A stretch of 64,000 bases of DNA from an uncultured delta proteobacterium (GCA_963808625.1 CAWEHK010000031.1:1-64000); one strand, 5' to 3'. Shown: positions 45,792 to 57,268, counted from the first letter of the stretch. Notes: generated by a model not told the origin, from the sequence alone. Made by a program: numbers and translations.

Positions 45792-47119
45792 GATACCTAC
45801 CGCATACCAGTGAAGATATTGCTGAGATGCTCCAGGTGGTGGGGGCATCCAGCCTCGATGATCTCTTTGCAACCATTCCCGAAGATTGCCGGCGCAAGAC
45901 CGATCTCGACCTTCCCGAACCGCTGACGGAGTGGGAATTGAACGACCTGATGGCGGCCCTGGCGAGCACGATGGCGGTCTCCCCGGAGTACAAGGTGTTT
46001 ATGGGAGCAGGCTCCTATGAACACCACATCCCGGCAGCGGTCTCCTATCTTCTTGGCCGCTCCGAATTTGCCACGGCCTATACTCCCTATCAGCCTGAAA
46101 TCAGCCAGGGAACCTTGCAGGCAATATTCGAGTACCAGAGCTTCATGGTCACTCTCCTGGGCATGGATGTGGCCAATGCCTCCATGTACGACGGGGCTTC
46201 GGCGCTGGCGGAAGCGCTGCTCATGGCAACGCGGGCCAGCCGCTTGAAGAAAGTCGCGGTTTCAAGCCTCGTTCATCCGCTCTACCGGCGGGTGATACGC
46301 ACCTACCTGGAACCTCCCGGCTATGAGATTATCGAACTGCCGTATCTTGAAAACGGCCGAACCAATCTGCAAGCCCTGGAAAGCACCGACGATCTGGCGG
46401 CTGTTGCCGTGCAGTCTCCCAATTTTTTCGGATGCATCGAGGACCTGGCGGCCGTGGGAAAGCTCACCCGTGACACCAAGACCCTCTTCATCACGTCCTT
46501 CACGGAACCCCTTGCCTACGGACTGCTGAAGGACCCGGGCAGCCAGGGCGCCGACATTGCCTGTGGCGAAGGTCAAAGCTTCGGTATACCCCAATCTTAT
46601 GGCGGGCCGGGACTGGGAATACTCGCCTGCCGCAAGGAAACCATGCGCACCATGCCGGGCCGTCTGGTGGGAAAAACCACGGACCGAAACGGGAAGACCG
46701 GATTCGTGCTCACCCTTGCCACCCGTGAGCAGCACATCCGGCGAGAAAAGGCGACTTCCAACATCTGCACCAACAGCGGGCTCTGTGCCATAACGGCGGC
46801 CATGTACCTGGCCTCTCTGGGCGGGACCGGCCTCCGGGAACTGGCACAGTTGAATCATGACAAGAGCGAATATTTGAAGCGGGAACTGACCCGGGCAGGG
46901 TTCCGCATCCCCTTTGCCAGTCCCACCTTTAATGAATTCGTGGTGCATTTTCCGCCGGGCTTCGAGGCGACCTACCAGCGGCTACTGGAGCAGAAGATCA
47001 TCGCCGGCCTTCCCCTGGCACCATACTACCCGGAACTGCGCGACCATTATCTCCTGTGCGTGACGGAAACCAAAACCAGGAACGATATGGATGCCCTGTT
47101 GTGGCAGTTGGGCGGCTGA
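45788..47119 (+). CDS. gcvPA: Glycine dehydrogenase subunit A
   Basis: TAYTPYQPEISQG and REQHIRREKATSNICTN motifs. Confidence 0.95.
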   Translation: MRYLPHTSEDIAEMLQVVGASSLDDLFATIPEDCRRKTDLDLPEPLTEWELNDLMAALASTMAVSPEYKVFMGAGSYEHHIPAAVSYLLGRSEFATAYTPYQPEISQGTLQAIFEYQSFMVTLLGMDVANASMYDGASALAEALLMATRASRLKKVAVSSLVHPLYRRVIRTYLEPPGYEIIELPYLENGRTNLQALESTDDLAAVAVQSPNFFGCIEDLAAVGKLTRDTKTLFITSFTEPLAYGLLKDPGSQGADIACGEGQSFGIPQSYGGPGLGILACRKETMRTMPGRLVGKTTDRNGKTGFVLTLATREQHIRREKATSNICTNSGLCAITAAMYLASLGGTGLRELAQLNHDKSEYLKRELTRAGFRIPFASPTFNEFVVHFPPGFEATYQRLLEQKIIAGLPLAPYYPELRDHYLLCVTETKTRNDMDALLWQLGG

Positions 47120-47247
47120 AGCGTCACCGATGTGGTGAGTGCTGTGAGTGCTGAGTGATGGGTGCTGAGTGCTGGGTCTGTTGTGGCAGCTGGGCGGTTG
47201 AAGCGTTACCGATAGAAGGGATTGCGAAATCATAGAGAGGTTGGATC

Positions 47248-48702
47248 ATGAAAGAGTCCTTAGGCACAACCGGTTTGATCCTCAATGAACCACTGCTCCT
47301 GGAAAAGGGAAAAAAGGGCCGGCAGGGCTTTTCCCTGCCTCGGCGGGATGTCGAGTCCTATCCTCTGGATGAGGCGCTCATCGGCGAGGGCCCGAACTTT
47401 CCCGATTTGAGTGAAGTGGAAGTGGTGCGCCACTACACCCGGCTGTCCACGTGGAATTTTGGCGTCGACACCGGCATGTACCCGCTCGGATCATGCACCA
47501 TGAAGTACAACCCGAAAACGAACGAGAAGCAGGCGGCGCGGCCGGGATTTGCCCATGCCCACCCGCTGCTTCCTGGCGCCTTGTCCCAGGGGGTGCTCAA
47601 AGTGATGGTCGAGCTCGAGCGGCTCCTGGCGGAAATCACCGGCATGGATGCCGTGACCCTCCAGCCTGCCGCCGGGGCTCACGGGGAACTTGCCGGCATG
47701 CTCATCTTCCATGCTTACCACAAAAGCAAGGGCTCGCGCCGCTCCAAGATCATCGTACCCGATACCGCGCACGGCACCAATCCGGCCAGCGCCGCCCTGT
47801 GCGGCTACACCGCGGTCAATATCAAGTCCAACGAGCGGGGCGTTCTCGCTCCCGAGACCGTCGCCGCGGTCATGGATGAAGAAACCGCCGGAATCATGGT
47901 CACCAATCCCAATACCCTTGGCCTCTTTGAGGAAAACATTCGAAATGTTATCGACATCGTGCACGCCAAAGGCGGTCTGGTGTATGCCGATGGGGCCAAC
48001 ATGAACGCCATCATGGGCATCGTGAACGCGGGCGACCTTGGGGTGGATGTGCTGCATCTGAACCTCCACAAGACCTTCTCGACACCCCACGGAGGCGGCG
48101 GACCCGGCGCCGGTCCCGTTTGTGTCGGAAAGCATCTCGAACCCTTCCTCCCGGTTCCCCGGGTGCTCCAGGAAAACGGAAGCTACGTTCTTTCCGAGGA
48201 TTTTCCCCAGTCAATCGGGAAACTGCACGCCTTCCATGGCAACGTGGGCATCTTGATCCGGGCCTACAGCTACATTCTGAGTCTCGGAGCGGAACTGAAA
48301 AAGGCAAGCCAACTGGCGGTGTTGAATGCCAACTATATCAGGGAAAAACTCAAAGACGTCCTGCACCTCCCTTACGACCGGCCCTGCATGCACGAATGCG
48401 TCTTTACCGACAAATATCAGGCCGCACGGAAGGTAACCACCCTCGACATGGTCAAGCGGTTGATGGACTATGGCTTCCACCCGCCTACCATCTATTTCCC
48501 GTTGGTGGTTCACGGAGCCATCATGATCGAACCGACGGAGACGGAATCGAAAGAGGATATCGATCTTTTCATTGAAGCGTTCAGAGCGATCGTCAAAGAG
48601 GCCGACGAGGATCCCGAGGCGCTTTTTTCCGCGCCCCATCATCCGAAAGTGACGAGGTTGGATGAGGTGACGGCAGCGCGCCATCCTTGCCTCACATGCT
48701 GA
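47248..48702 (+). CDS. gcvPB: Glycine dehydrogenase subunit B
   Basis: PLGSCTMKYNP, HLNLHKTFSTPHGGGGPG and MIEPTETE motifs. Confidence 0.95.
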   Translation: MKESLGTTGLILNEPLLLEKGKKGRQGFSLPRRDVESYPLDEALIGEGPNFPDLSEVEVVRHYTRLSTWNFGVDTGMYPLGSCTMKYNPKTNEKQAARPGFAHAHPLLPGALSQGVLKVMVELERLLAEITGMDAVTLQPAAGAHGELAGMLIFHAYHKSKGSRRSKIIVPDTAHGTNPASAALCGYTAVNIKSNERGVLAPETVAAVMDEETAGIMVTNPNTLGLFEENIRNVIDIVHAKGGLVYADGANMNAIMGIVNAGDLGVDVLHLNLHKTFSTPHGGGGPGAGPVCVGKHLEPFLPVPRVLQENGSYVLSEDFPQSIGKLHAFHGNVGILIRAYSYILSLGAELKKASQLAVLNANYIREKLKDVLHLPYDRPCMHECVFTDKYQAARKVTTLDMVKRLMDYGFHPPTIYFPLVVHGAIMIEPTETESKEDIDLFIEAFRAIVKEADEDPEALFSAPHHPKVTRLDEVTAARHPCLTC

Positions 48703-48767
48703 AATACGATGATCTAACCGTAATTCTCAATAGCCTCAGGGCGCGAGGAACCGTGGGAGTCTCAGAT

Positions 48768-48846
48768 CGTCATTCCCGATGCTTTTAGCGGGAATCCAGG
48801 GGTCTATCAGGACTCTGGATCCCCGCTAAAAGCATGCGGGGGTGAC
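48768..48846. repeat. Paired GTCATTCCCG-type REP-like hairpins
   Basis: cgtcattcccg...cgggaatccag and ctggatccccgc...gcgggggtgac; relatives at about 13407, 15663, 19581, 41080, 49736 and 53781. Confidence 0.8.
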
Positions 48847-48907
48847 CTCATGGGATAAGGGGCACTCTATTCTGGTTTGCTGACCTGAGGAATTGCGGAG
48901 AACCTGA

Positions 48908-49655
48908 GTGAAGGGCGACTGGTCAAATTCAGCGCAGCGCAGTGATGACAGAACCTGGCTCTATGTGGATCTGCCGATGCTGGATTACGCGGACGCCTGG
49001 CGGCTGCAGCTTGAGCTGGTTGCCGCCCGGCACTCTGCAGTCTTGGACACGGATCTCATCATGCTCTTGGAACACCCGCCGGTTTTCACTCTGGGCCGCA
49101 GAGGCGGACGCGAGAACCTCACCGTCGCCGAGAGCTTTCTGCAGCAATCCGGGATCCCGATCTTCCATGTGGAGCGGGGTGGCAACATCACATTCCACGG
49201 ACCCGGCCAGCTTGTCGGGTACGGCATCATCGATCTCCATGCGGCAAGGCTGACCGTGACCGAATATGTAACATCCCTGGAAGAAATCATGATCCGCACC
49301 GCAGCCGACTGGGGTGTGATCGCCGAACGCAATCCCATGAACCGGGGGGTCTGGGTCAACAACAGCAAATTGGGCAGTGTCGGGATCGCTGTTCGCCGCG
49401 GCATCACGTTCCACGGTTTTGCCTTCAATGTGAACATCTCCCTGGAACCGTTTTCCTGGATCAACCCGTGCGGGCTCAAAGGCATCGGGGTGACCTCTCT
49501 GGCGCGGGAGCTCGCGCGCTACGTTGTCAACCGGAGAAGTCCGCGAAACCCTGAAAAGCAACATCGAATCGGTTTTCCAGGTAAAGCTGGCGGCGACCGA
49601 ACTGGCAGCGGTGCGGGCAATGCTGCAAAGAACGACTTGTTCCGAGGACCGCTGA
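48908..49655 (+). CDS. lipB: Octanoyltransferase LipB (1-nt frameshift near 49519)
   Basis: LEHPPVFTLG, RGGNITFHGPGQ, HGFAFNV and INPCG motifs. Confidence 0.92.
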
Positions 49656-49843
49656 GGAGGTGTCTAAGGACCCTTAGCATGGTGCCTTTGTGGTGATTGC
49701 CGCGAACTGCCATGACTCAGGAAGCAACCCGAGATCGTCATTCCCGCATGCTCGAAGCGGGAATCCAGGTGCCTTCTGATCCCCCTGGACCCCCGCCAGA
49801 AACACGCCGGGGTGACGACTCGAGGATTTTTTTAGAGGCGCTC
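49656..49843 (+). mobile_element. MITE-like element with IS5-like termini and REP-like hairpins (second copy at 53702-53888)
   Basis: tga|ggaggtgtctaa ... ttttttagaggcgctc|taa; homologous to 19502-19687. Confidence 0.6.
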
Positions 49844-49856
49844 TAAAAGTACGCAG

Positions 49857-50765
49857 ATGGAAGCCACCATGCCAGAAGACCGGGAAACCAAGCCGTGCCT
49901 GCGCAAACCCCACTGGCTCAAACGGCGCCTCCCGACGGGACCCGATTACGAGAAGATAAGGTCCCTAATCAAGGAAGGGGGACTTCATACCGTCTGTCAG
50001 GAAGCCCGGTGCCCCAACCAGTGGGAGTGCTTTTCATGCCGGACGGCGACCTTTTTGATCATGGGTCCCCGGTGCACGCGCGCCTGCCGGTTCTGCGCCG
50101 TGGAACATGGACCTCTGGCTCCGCCCGATCCCGGGGAACCGGCCAGGGTCGCCGCTGCCGCACAGCGCATGGGATTGCGTTATGTGGTGGTCACCTCGGT
50201 CACTCGTGACGATCTTCCCGACGGGGGAGCCGGCATCTTCGCCGAGACCGTAAGAGCGATCCGCAGCAGATTGCCCGGGGCCTTCATCGAGGTCCTCATC
50301 CCCGATTTTCAAGGTGATCTGGAAGCGTTGCGGACGGTCGTCACCGCCCGTCCCGACGTCCTGAACCACAACCTGGAAACGGTCCCGCGCCTCTATCCTT
50401 CGGTCCGACCCGGGGCGAAATATGTCCGTTCTCTCGATCTTCTGAGAAATGCCAGGCTATGCGCTTCCTCACTCCCCACCAAATCGGGCATGATGCTGGG
50501 CCTGGGTGAATCGCCCGAAGAGATTCACCAGACGCTGCAGGACCTCCTCGATACCGGCTGCAGCATGCTCACTCTGGGGCAATATCTCCAGCCCTCGAAA
50601 GCGCACCTTGAGGTGGTGCGTTACGTTCCTCCCGAAGAATTCGACCGCTGGAGGGAAGTCGCCATGGCCATGGGCTTCGCCCGAGTTGCGAGCGGCCCTT
50701 TCGTGCGCAGTTCCTACCACGCCGGGGATCTCTTTCAGACGATGCAGGACGAACGCAGCCAATAA
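49857..50765 (+). CDS. lipA: Lipoyl synthase, copy 1 (intact)
   Basis: [20 protein letters not shown] and RSSY motifs. Confidence 0.95.
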   Translation: MEATMPEDRETKPCLRKPHWLKRRLPTGPDYEKIRSLIKEGGLHTVCQEARCPNQWECFSCRTATFLIMGPRCTRACRFCAVEHGPLAPPDPGEPARVAAAAQRMGLRYVVVTSVTRDDLPDGGAGIFAETVRAIRSRLPGAFIEVLIPDFQGDLEALRTVVTARPDVLNHNLETVPRLYPSVRPGAKYVRSLDLLRNARLCASSLPTKSGMMLGLGESPEEIHQTLQDLLDTGCSMLTLGQYLQPSKAHLEVVRYVPPEEFDRWREVAMAMGFARVASGPFVRSSYHAGDLFQTMQDERSQ

Positions 50766-50865
50766 GGCCCACCACTTCGAAGGGCTGCATACGGACACCT
50801 TCAAAGAATGGACCGCCTTTTACACGAAAGAAATCCCGTTGGGTAAAGGGACCTTTTTCCGGACC

Positions 50866-51122
50866 TCACGGTATCAGCAGGGTGGGCACATCGGAAGTTT
50901 CTGCTATGCGTTGTGACAAACTGCCAAGAAAAAAGGCGTGGACCCGGTCTTTTCCGGTGGTGCCCAGAACCGTCATGGTGGAGTTCAGCTCACGACCAAG
51001 CCGTAAAATTTCAGACGCGGTATGCCCTGCGACAAGATGCGGTTCGGCCTCGATCCCGGCTTTCCGCAGGATATCACAGTAATGATCCAAACGATCCCTG
51101 CCTTCCGCCTCAATGGGTTTCC
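50866..51122 (-). pseudogene. Duplicated 3' end of the universal stress protein gene
   Basis: Encodes the same C-terminus as 54912-55168. Confidence 0.85.
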
Positions 51123-51250
51123 CGGGTTCGCGGATCGGGGCGGGCCACTGCAAGTGCTTGACATTTCATCACAAGGTGGCGCAAAATGGCCCTATTTTCA
51201 GCTTAAAGAGCGATTTTTGAAAAATGAGCGTCTAAGGCAGAGGGAAGATC

Positions 51251-52053
51251 ATGGCAAGGGCTAAGCGTCACTACTTACCGGGATACGCCTGGCACCTAAC
51301 TCACCGCTGTCATGAGAGGGAGTTCCTGCTCAGGTTCGGGAGAGACCGCCGGAGATGGGCACAATGGTTGTTCGAGGCAAAAAAGCGTTATGGTCTGTGC
51401 ATTCTCAACTACATGATCACTTCCAATCACATCTTCTGGTTTTTGACCGTGGTGAGCGTGAGGTGATCCCGAAGTCCATGCAACTGGTTGCAGGAAGAAC
51501 CGGTCAGGAGTACAACCAGAGAAAAAAACGCAAGGGGACCTTTTGGGAGGATCGTTACCATGCAACGGCGGTGGAGACCAACCAACATCTTGTTCAGTGT
51601 CTGGTCTATATGGGTTTGAACATGGTACGGGCCGGTGCGGTAAGCCATCCCTATGACTGGGAGGGGAGCGGATGCAGGGAGATCCAGGAGCCTCGCCAGA
51701 GGTACGCATTGATCGATCATCAGTGCCTCATGGACCTGCTCAACATCCCCTCCATGGAGATGCTCCAAAGGTCGCACAAGGAATGGGTGGAGGAATCTCT
51801 CAGAGTCGAGAGAAGTACTAGAGACGGCAAGTGGTCAGAGAGCATAGCGGTGGGAAACGAAGGGTTTGTCGCAATGGTGAAGAAACAGCTGGGTATAAGA
51901 GCTAAGGGCAGGAAGATCGCTGAAGCGGTCGGCGAGTGCCAACTCCGGGAGGCACAGTCTTCTTACAGCACCATTTTCGGTGTTCAGAATGGCCTTTTAA
52001 GCTCAAATAACCTGCATTTTTGGGAAATTTCTCCCGTCACAACGACTGGATAG
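51251..52053 (+). pseudogene. RAYT/IS200-like Y1 HUH transposase, frameshifted at the HUH motif
   Basis: MARAKRHYLPG, HLTHRC, YMITSNHI[HLL], FWEDRY, LNMVRAG; apparent loss of 4 nt (CATC) in the HIH codons. Confidence 0.85.
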
Positions 52054-52264
52054 CGTGACCCAACCCCGTTTGACGTTTGAAGGATGAGGCGAGAAAGAAT
52101 CCAAATGGCATCCTTGGCTGGTACTGGAACTATGTTTCGACAGAGCCGTTTTGGGAATAGAGCGGAGGCGTATCAGTTTCTAGTCTACGGCTTGGCTTCA
52201 GAAGAAATCTCAAAGGTGGGTTTTCAACTTGTTTCTTAAATCATGAGGTTGATGGAATTTTGAG

Positions 52265-52576
52265 GTGGAAATGATCCATGAGATTCGTCTGAAGATCAGG
52301 ATGCGCCAGTATGAGTTTTCCAAACATGCTGTCGATCAAAGCATCATTCGAGACATAAGCGTCGCGGAGATAGAAGATGCGATAGCCAGCCGCAGCGAAA
52401 TAATTGAGGATTACCCGGAAGACAAGTATGGCCCAAGTTGTCTCATCCTTGGGCGCACGCAAGCGGCCCGGCCACTCCATATTCATTGCAGCTATCCGAA
52501 CCGGCCGCTTCTCAAGATCATCACCCTCTACGAGCCTGATCCCAAACTATGGATCGACTTCCGAGTCAGAAGGTGA
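52265..52576 (+). CDS. DUF4258 putative toxin
   Basis: FSKHAV, IIEDYPEDKYGPSCLILG and ITLYEPDP motifs. Confidence 0.85.
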   Translation: MEMIHEIRLKIRMRQYEFSKHAVDQSIIRDISVAEIEDAIASRSEIIEDYPEDKYGPSCLILGRTQAARPLHIHCSYPNRPLLKIITLYEPDPKLWIDFRVRR

Positions 52577-52594
52577 CATGAAGGGAACTATGGC

Positions 52595-52804
52595 ATGAAA
52601 GAGACGATGGTAGATACCAGAGTAACTTACACCCTGGAATATGGCGGCAACTTCTTCATTGTTGAAAATGTGCCTGCACGAGTTTGCCAAGAGACGGGAG
52701 AGCAGTATTTTGCTCCTGAGACCGTCGAACATATCCGAGGCATCATTAAGAGCCGGAAAAGGCCCGCCAGGGTCATCGAAACCCCTGTGTACAGTTATGC
52801 GTGA
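52595..52804 (+). CDS. YgiT-type zinc-finger (MqsA-like) putative antitoxin
   Basis: IVENVPARVCQETGEQYF motif. Confidence 0.85.
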   Translation: MKETMVDTRVTYTLEYGGNFFIVENVPARVCQETGEQYFAPETVEHIRGIIKSRKRPARVIETPVYSYA

Positions 52805-53029
52805 GAGCTGCCGTGATTGGACTCATTTCCTATTGTGCCGGTCGGCAGGGATCACGGGTCACTGATTCGTGACGTTATTCTTTCATGGGGCCTCATTTGT
52901 CAGAATATCCACCCGGCGCTCGGGAATCGTGCGCGCGATCAAGGTCTTTGCGAAGAGCTCCCGGGCTAGGTTCTGGATTGGTTCGGCGGTTACTGCTTCA
53001 ATCAGCAGGATATACCTTTCATCGTAATT

Positions 53030-53398
53030 CCAGCCGCTTTTCATCCGTCATTGCACTCATTGAGGTACTGACCCAGCCTATCCGAGAAACCAACCGGGAG
53101 CTTGCCGAGAAGTATCGGCCTTCCTTCTGCATTCGTTTAATTTCACCCTTTACGGCATTGACCCCATCATCGCCTCGAAAGCCGCCGAACTGCGCACACA
53201 ATATGATCTCAGAACGCCTGATGCCATTCAATTGGATTGGGATTCTCGTGAAGTTCGGTGATGAGACCGTCGGACGGGTGTTCGCCGACGGGACCGTCTC
53301 AAAGGGCGTGACACCCGAGGACAGGAAGAAATCCGAGCAGGGCGGCGTTCTGGCCAGGGAAATCCTGCGAAGGGCCGGAGCGGCTGACGAGTCCATTA
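53030..53398 (+). pseudogene. Fused fragments: VapC/PIN piece then GMC-oxidoreductase-like piece
   Basis: SSVIALIEVLTQP...AAELRTQYDLRTPDAIQL joined to IGILVKFGDETVGRV...AREILRRAGA. Confidence 0.6.
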
Positions 53399-53713
53399 TG
53401 GGTCAACAACAGCAAATTGGGCAGTGTCGGGATCGCTGTTCGCCGCGGCATCACCTTCCACGGTTTTGCCTTCAATGTGAACATCTCACTGGAACCGTTT
53501 TCCTGGATCAACCCTTGTGGGCTCAAAGGCATCGGGGTGACCTCCCTGGCGCGGGAGCTCGCGCGCACGTTGTCAATCGGAGATGTCCGTGAAACCCTGA
53601 AGAGTAACCTCGAATCGGTTTTCCAGGTAAAGCTGGCGGCGACCGAACTGGCAGCGGTGCAGGCAATGCTGCAAAGATCGACTTGTTCCAAGGACCACCG
53701 AGGAGGTGTCTAA
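53399..53713 (+). pseudogene. lipB: Duplicated 3' fragment of lipB
   Basis: KLGSVGIAVRRGITFHGFAFNV with no 5' half. Confidence 0.88.
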
Positions 53714-53901
53714 AACCCCTTAGCATGGGCCTTTGTGGTGATTGCCGCGAACTGCCATAACTCACGAAGCAACCCGAGATCGTCATTCCCGCACGCTTTG
53801 TGCGGGAACCCAGGTGCGTTTTGATCCCCCTGGACCCCCGTCAGAAACATGCGGGGGTGACGACTCGAAGACCTTTCCAGAGACGCTCTAAAAGAACGTA
53901 G

Positions 53902-54811
53902 ATGGAAGCCATCATGACAGAAGACCGGGAAACCAGGCCGCGCCAGCGCAAACCCCACTGGCTCAAACGGCGCCTCCCGACGGGACCCGATTACGAGAAG
54001 GTTAGGTCCCTCATCAAGGAGGGAGCACTTCATACCGTCTGTCAGGAAGCCCGGTGCCCCAACCAGTGGGAGTGCTTTTCATGCCGGACGGCGACCTTTT
54101 TGATCATGGGTTCCCGGTGCACGCGCGCCTGCCGGTTCTGCGCCGTGGAACATGGACCTTTGGCTCCGCCCGATCCCGGGGAACCGGCCAGAGTCGCCGC
54201 TGCCGCACAGCGCATGGGATTGCGCTATGTGGTGGTCACCTCGGTCACTCGTGACGATCTTCCGGACGGAGGAGCCGGCATCTTCGCCGAGACCGTAAGA
54301 GCGATCCGCAGCAGATTGCCCGGGGCCTTCATCGAGGTCCTCATCCCCGATTTTCAAGGTGATATGGAAGCGTTGCGGACGGTCCTCACCGCCCGCCCCG
54401 ACGTCCTGAACCACAACCTGGAAACGGTCCCGCGCCTCTATCCTTCGGTCCGACCCGGAGCAAAATATGTCCGTTCTCTCGATCTTCTGAGAAATGCCAG
54501 GCGTATGCGCTTCCTCACTCCCCACCAAATCGGGCCTGATGCTGGGCCTGGGTGAATCGCCGGAAGAGATTCACCAGACGCTGGAGGACCTCCTCGATAC
54601 CGGCTGCAGCATGCTCACTCTGGGACAATATCTCCAGCCCTCGAAAGCGCACCTTGAGGTGGTGCGGTACGTTCCTCCCGAAGAATTCGATCGCTGGAGG
54701 GAAGTCGCCATGGCATTGGGCTTCGCCCGAGTTGCGAGCGGCCCTTTCGTGCGCAGTTCCTACCACGCCAGGGACCTCTTTCAGACGATGCAGGACGAAC
54801 CCAGCCAATAA
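53902..54811 (+). CDS. lipA: Lipoyl synthase, copy 2 (1-nt frameshift near 54503)
   Basis: Same motifs as copy 1, split across two ORFs. Confidence 0.88.
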
Positions 54812-54911
54812 GGCCCACCACTTCGAAGGGCTGCATACGGACACCTTCAACGAATGGACCGTCTTTTACACGAAAGAAATCCCGTTGGGTAAAGGTACCT
54901 TTTTCCGGACC

Positions 54912-55803
54912 TCACGGTATCAGCAGGGTGGGCACATCGGAAGTTTCTGCTATGCGTTGTGATAAACTGCCAAGAAAAAAGGCGTGGACCCGGTCTTTTC
55001 CGGTGGTGCCCAGAACCGTCATGGTGGAGTTCAGCTCGCGACCAAGCCGTAAAATTTCAGACGCGGTATGCCCCGCGACAAGATGCGGTTCGGCCTCGAT
55101 CCCGGCTTTCCGCAGGATATCACAGTAATGATCCAAACGATCCCTGCCTTCCGCCTCAATGGGTTTCCATTCTGATGTACCATGCTCCCGGGATGCTTTC
55201 AGGGCAATGACATGCGCCACATCCACCTTCTGTACTGCGCTTCGAAGAGCCATCAATAAACTGAAGTGCACGCTCCGAGGGCGGTGACCAGTCCGTTGCA
55301 AACAACGGCCTGTGGAACGGATGCTCATTCAGACGTCTGACGCACTCTCCATTGATATCACAGGATACCATGTATTTGCTTACGAGGACCGGAATGCTGG
55401 CGCTCCGCCGCAACAACTCGAGCGTGTGTGAGCCCACCCAGATTTGTTCAAGACTGGTTTTCTCCGTTCTGCCGCTCACGATCAGATCCACTTTCTCTGC
55501 TTCCGCAATCTTCATGATCTCCGGCACGGGATCTCCCACCTCGATGAAGACCTTTGCGCCCACCCCCGCCTTCCCAATATCATCCTGCCAATCTTCAAAG
55601 CGAATCCTCGCCTCCTCCCGCAATCGTTCCTCTTCATCCTTGAGGTAGCCCCCAAACGGGACAAACGCCACCTCATCGCGCGGGATGATATGGGTCAAAA
55701 TAATTTCTTCCATCCCCGCCTGCTTGAGGTCAAGGAGGGACTTGATCGCATCGAGGGTCAACGCGCTGAATTTCGTGGCAAATAGAATTTTCTTAAGGTT
55801 CAC
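54912..55803 (-). CDS. Tandem-domain universal stress protein (frameshifted)
   Basis: KILFATKFS, GSHTLELL, PLFATDWS and FLGSLSQRIAE motifs. Confidence 0.88.
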
Positions 55804-55819
55804 GGAAATTCCCTCCTTG

Positions 55820-57268
55820 CTAGAGGAAGAAGATTAAGGTGACCAGGGCGAATGTCGTGCACAGAATGGGAATAGAATACTTGATCATATACCCGAAGAA
55901 GCTTGGCATCGGTGTTCCCGCTTCCTCAGCAATGGATCTTACCATAAAGTTGGGCGCATTGCCGATGTAGGTGTTGGCTCCCATGAAGACCGCCCCGCAG
56001 GAGATGGCCTTGAGGGTGATGGCGTTTTCGGCAATGAGCTTCGGAACCGCCAGCGACTCGGGCATGCCCGGATAGAACCTTCCGAGCGCAGCACTGAAGA
56101 AGGTCAGATAGGTCGGCGCATTATCCAGAAAGCTTGAAAGGATTCCCGATGCCCAGAAAAAGTGCGCCGGGTCCTTCACCGCCTCGATGACAAAGTCTGC
56201 GGCGCCTTTGGACCCCGCCTTCAGGATGAGGAGACATGGCACCATGCTGATGAATATTCCCGCGAAGAGGTACGCGACTTCCAGCATCGGTGCCCACGTG
56301 AAATCATTGTCCTCCCTGACCTTCCTGGCCGTGGTTACGAGCGAAAGCGTTCCCATGAGGATCAGGATGCCGTCTCGAACCAGATCCACCCATGCACGGT
56401 GCACCCCGAAAAGATTGATCGAAGCCCGATCATACAGACCACTCATCAACACCGCGCCCACAATTCCCGCCAAAAATAGAAAATTGAGCGATCCGTCCAC
56501 TCGCAAAGGTTCCCTGTCTTCTGCCTCGACCGGCGCCGTTACCCCCTCCTTTTTGTACAGATACAGGTCCATGACAAAGTACATACCCAGCACTATCGCT
56601 ACCACTGTCAACATCTGCGGGAGGAGGCTGAAGGTCCACGTGAAGGGGACGCCATGAAGGAACCCCAGAAACAGCGGCGGGTCTCCCAGCGGTGTCAGGG
56701 AGCCGCCGATATTTGCCACCAGGAAGATAAAAAAGACCACCATGAAGCTTCGGTTCTTCCGGTAGTCATTGGCCCGCAGAAACGGCCGTATCATAAGCAT
56801 CGCCGCTCCCGTGGTGCCCATCCACGAGGCCATGGCCGTACCGATGAGGAGCATGAGGCTGTTTACCGCCGGTGTCCCCCTGAGCGTCCCCCGCAGGAGT
56901 ATCCCCCCCGAGACCGTATAGAGCGCCCAGAGGAGAATGATGAACGGCACGTAGTCCGCGAGCATGACGTGATAAAACTCAAAGGACGCCGTCCAACCAT
57001 AGGCTGTCACCATGGGGATGGCGGTAGCCATAGCCCAGAAGGCGGCGACCTTGGCGAAATGGTGGTGCCAGAATTTGGGGGCAAGGAGAGGCAAGAGGGC
57101 AATAGACAGGAGCATCCCCATAAAAGGTACCCCGCTGTAGACCGGGAGCACCTCACCCAGATTGACTCCGCCATGCTCCGGCGCGGGCCCCGAAGCGAGC
57201 GCAAACGACGGCGCTGCTGTGTAACAGAGCAACCCGAACAGAACTGTTAACCATCTTCCACGCATCAT
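55820..57268 (-). CDS. Putative sodium:proton antiporter (IT superfamily)
   Basis: NIGGSLTPLGDPPLFLG, SSFLDNAPTY and GANTYIGNAPN motifs. Confidence 0.88.
   Translation of the reverse strand: MMRGRWLTVLFGLLCYTAAPSFALASGPAPEHGGVNLGEVLPVYSGVPFMGMLLSIALLPLLAPKFWHHHFAKVAAFWAMATAIPMVTAYGWTASFEFYHVMLADYVPFIILLWALYTVSGGILLRGTLRGTPAVNSLMLLIGTAMASWMGTTGAAMLMIRPFLRANDYRKNRSFMVVFFIFLVANIGGSLTPLGDPPLFLGFLHGVPFTWTFSLLPQMLTVVAIVLGMYFVMDLYLYKKEGVTAPVEAEDREPLRVDGSLNFLFLAGIVGAVLMSGLYDRASINLFGVHRAWVDLVRDGILILMGTLSLVTTARKVREDNDFTWAPMLEVAYLFAGIFISMVPCLLILKAGSKGAADFVIEAVKDPAHFFWASGILSSFLDNAPTYLTFFSAALGRFYPGMPESLAVPKLIAENAITLKAISCGAVFMGANTYIGNAPNFMVRSIAEEAGTPMPSFFGYMIKYSIPILCTTFALVTLIFFL

Larger units (their letters stand above)
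49352..51122 (+). repeat. 1.77-kb direct repeat, copy 1 (3' lipB, MITE, lipA, 3' usp)
   Basis: Matches 53399-55168 with scattered substitutions. Confidence 0.93.
53399..55168 (+). repeat. 1.77-kb direct repeat, copy 2
   Basis: Matches 49352-51122. Confidence 0.93.

Noticed and set aside
52885..53592. 235-aa ORF as a real gene
   Set aside because: It is a chance read-through across fused fragments and ends out of frame in the lipB duplicate.
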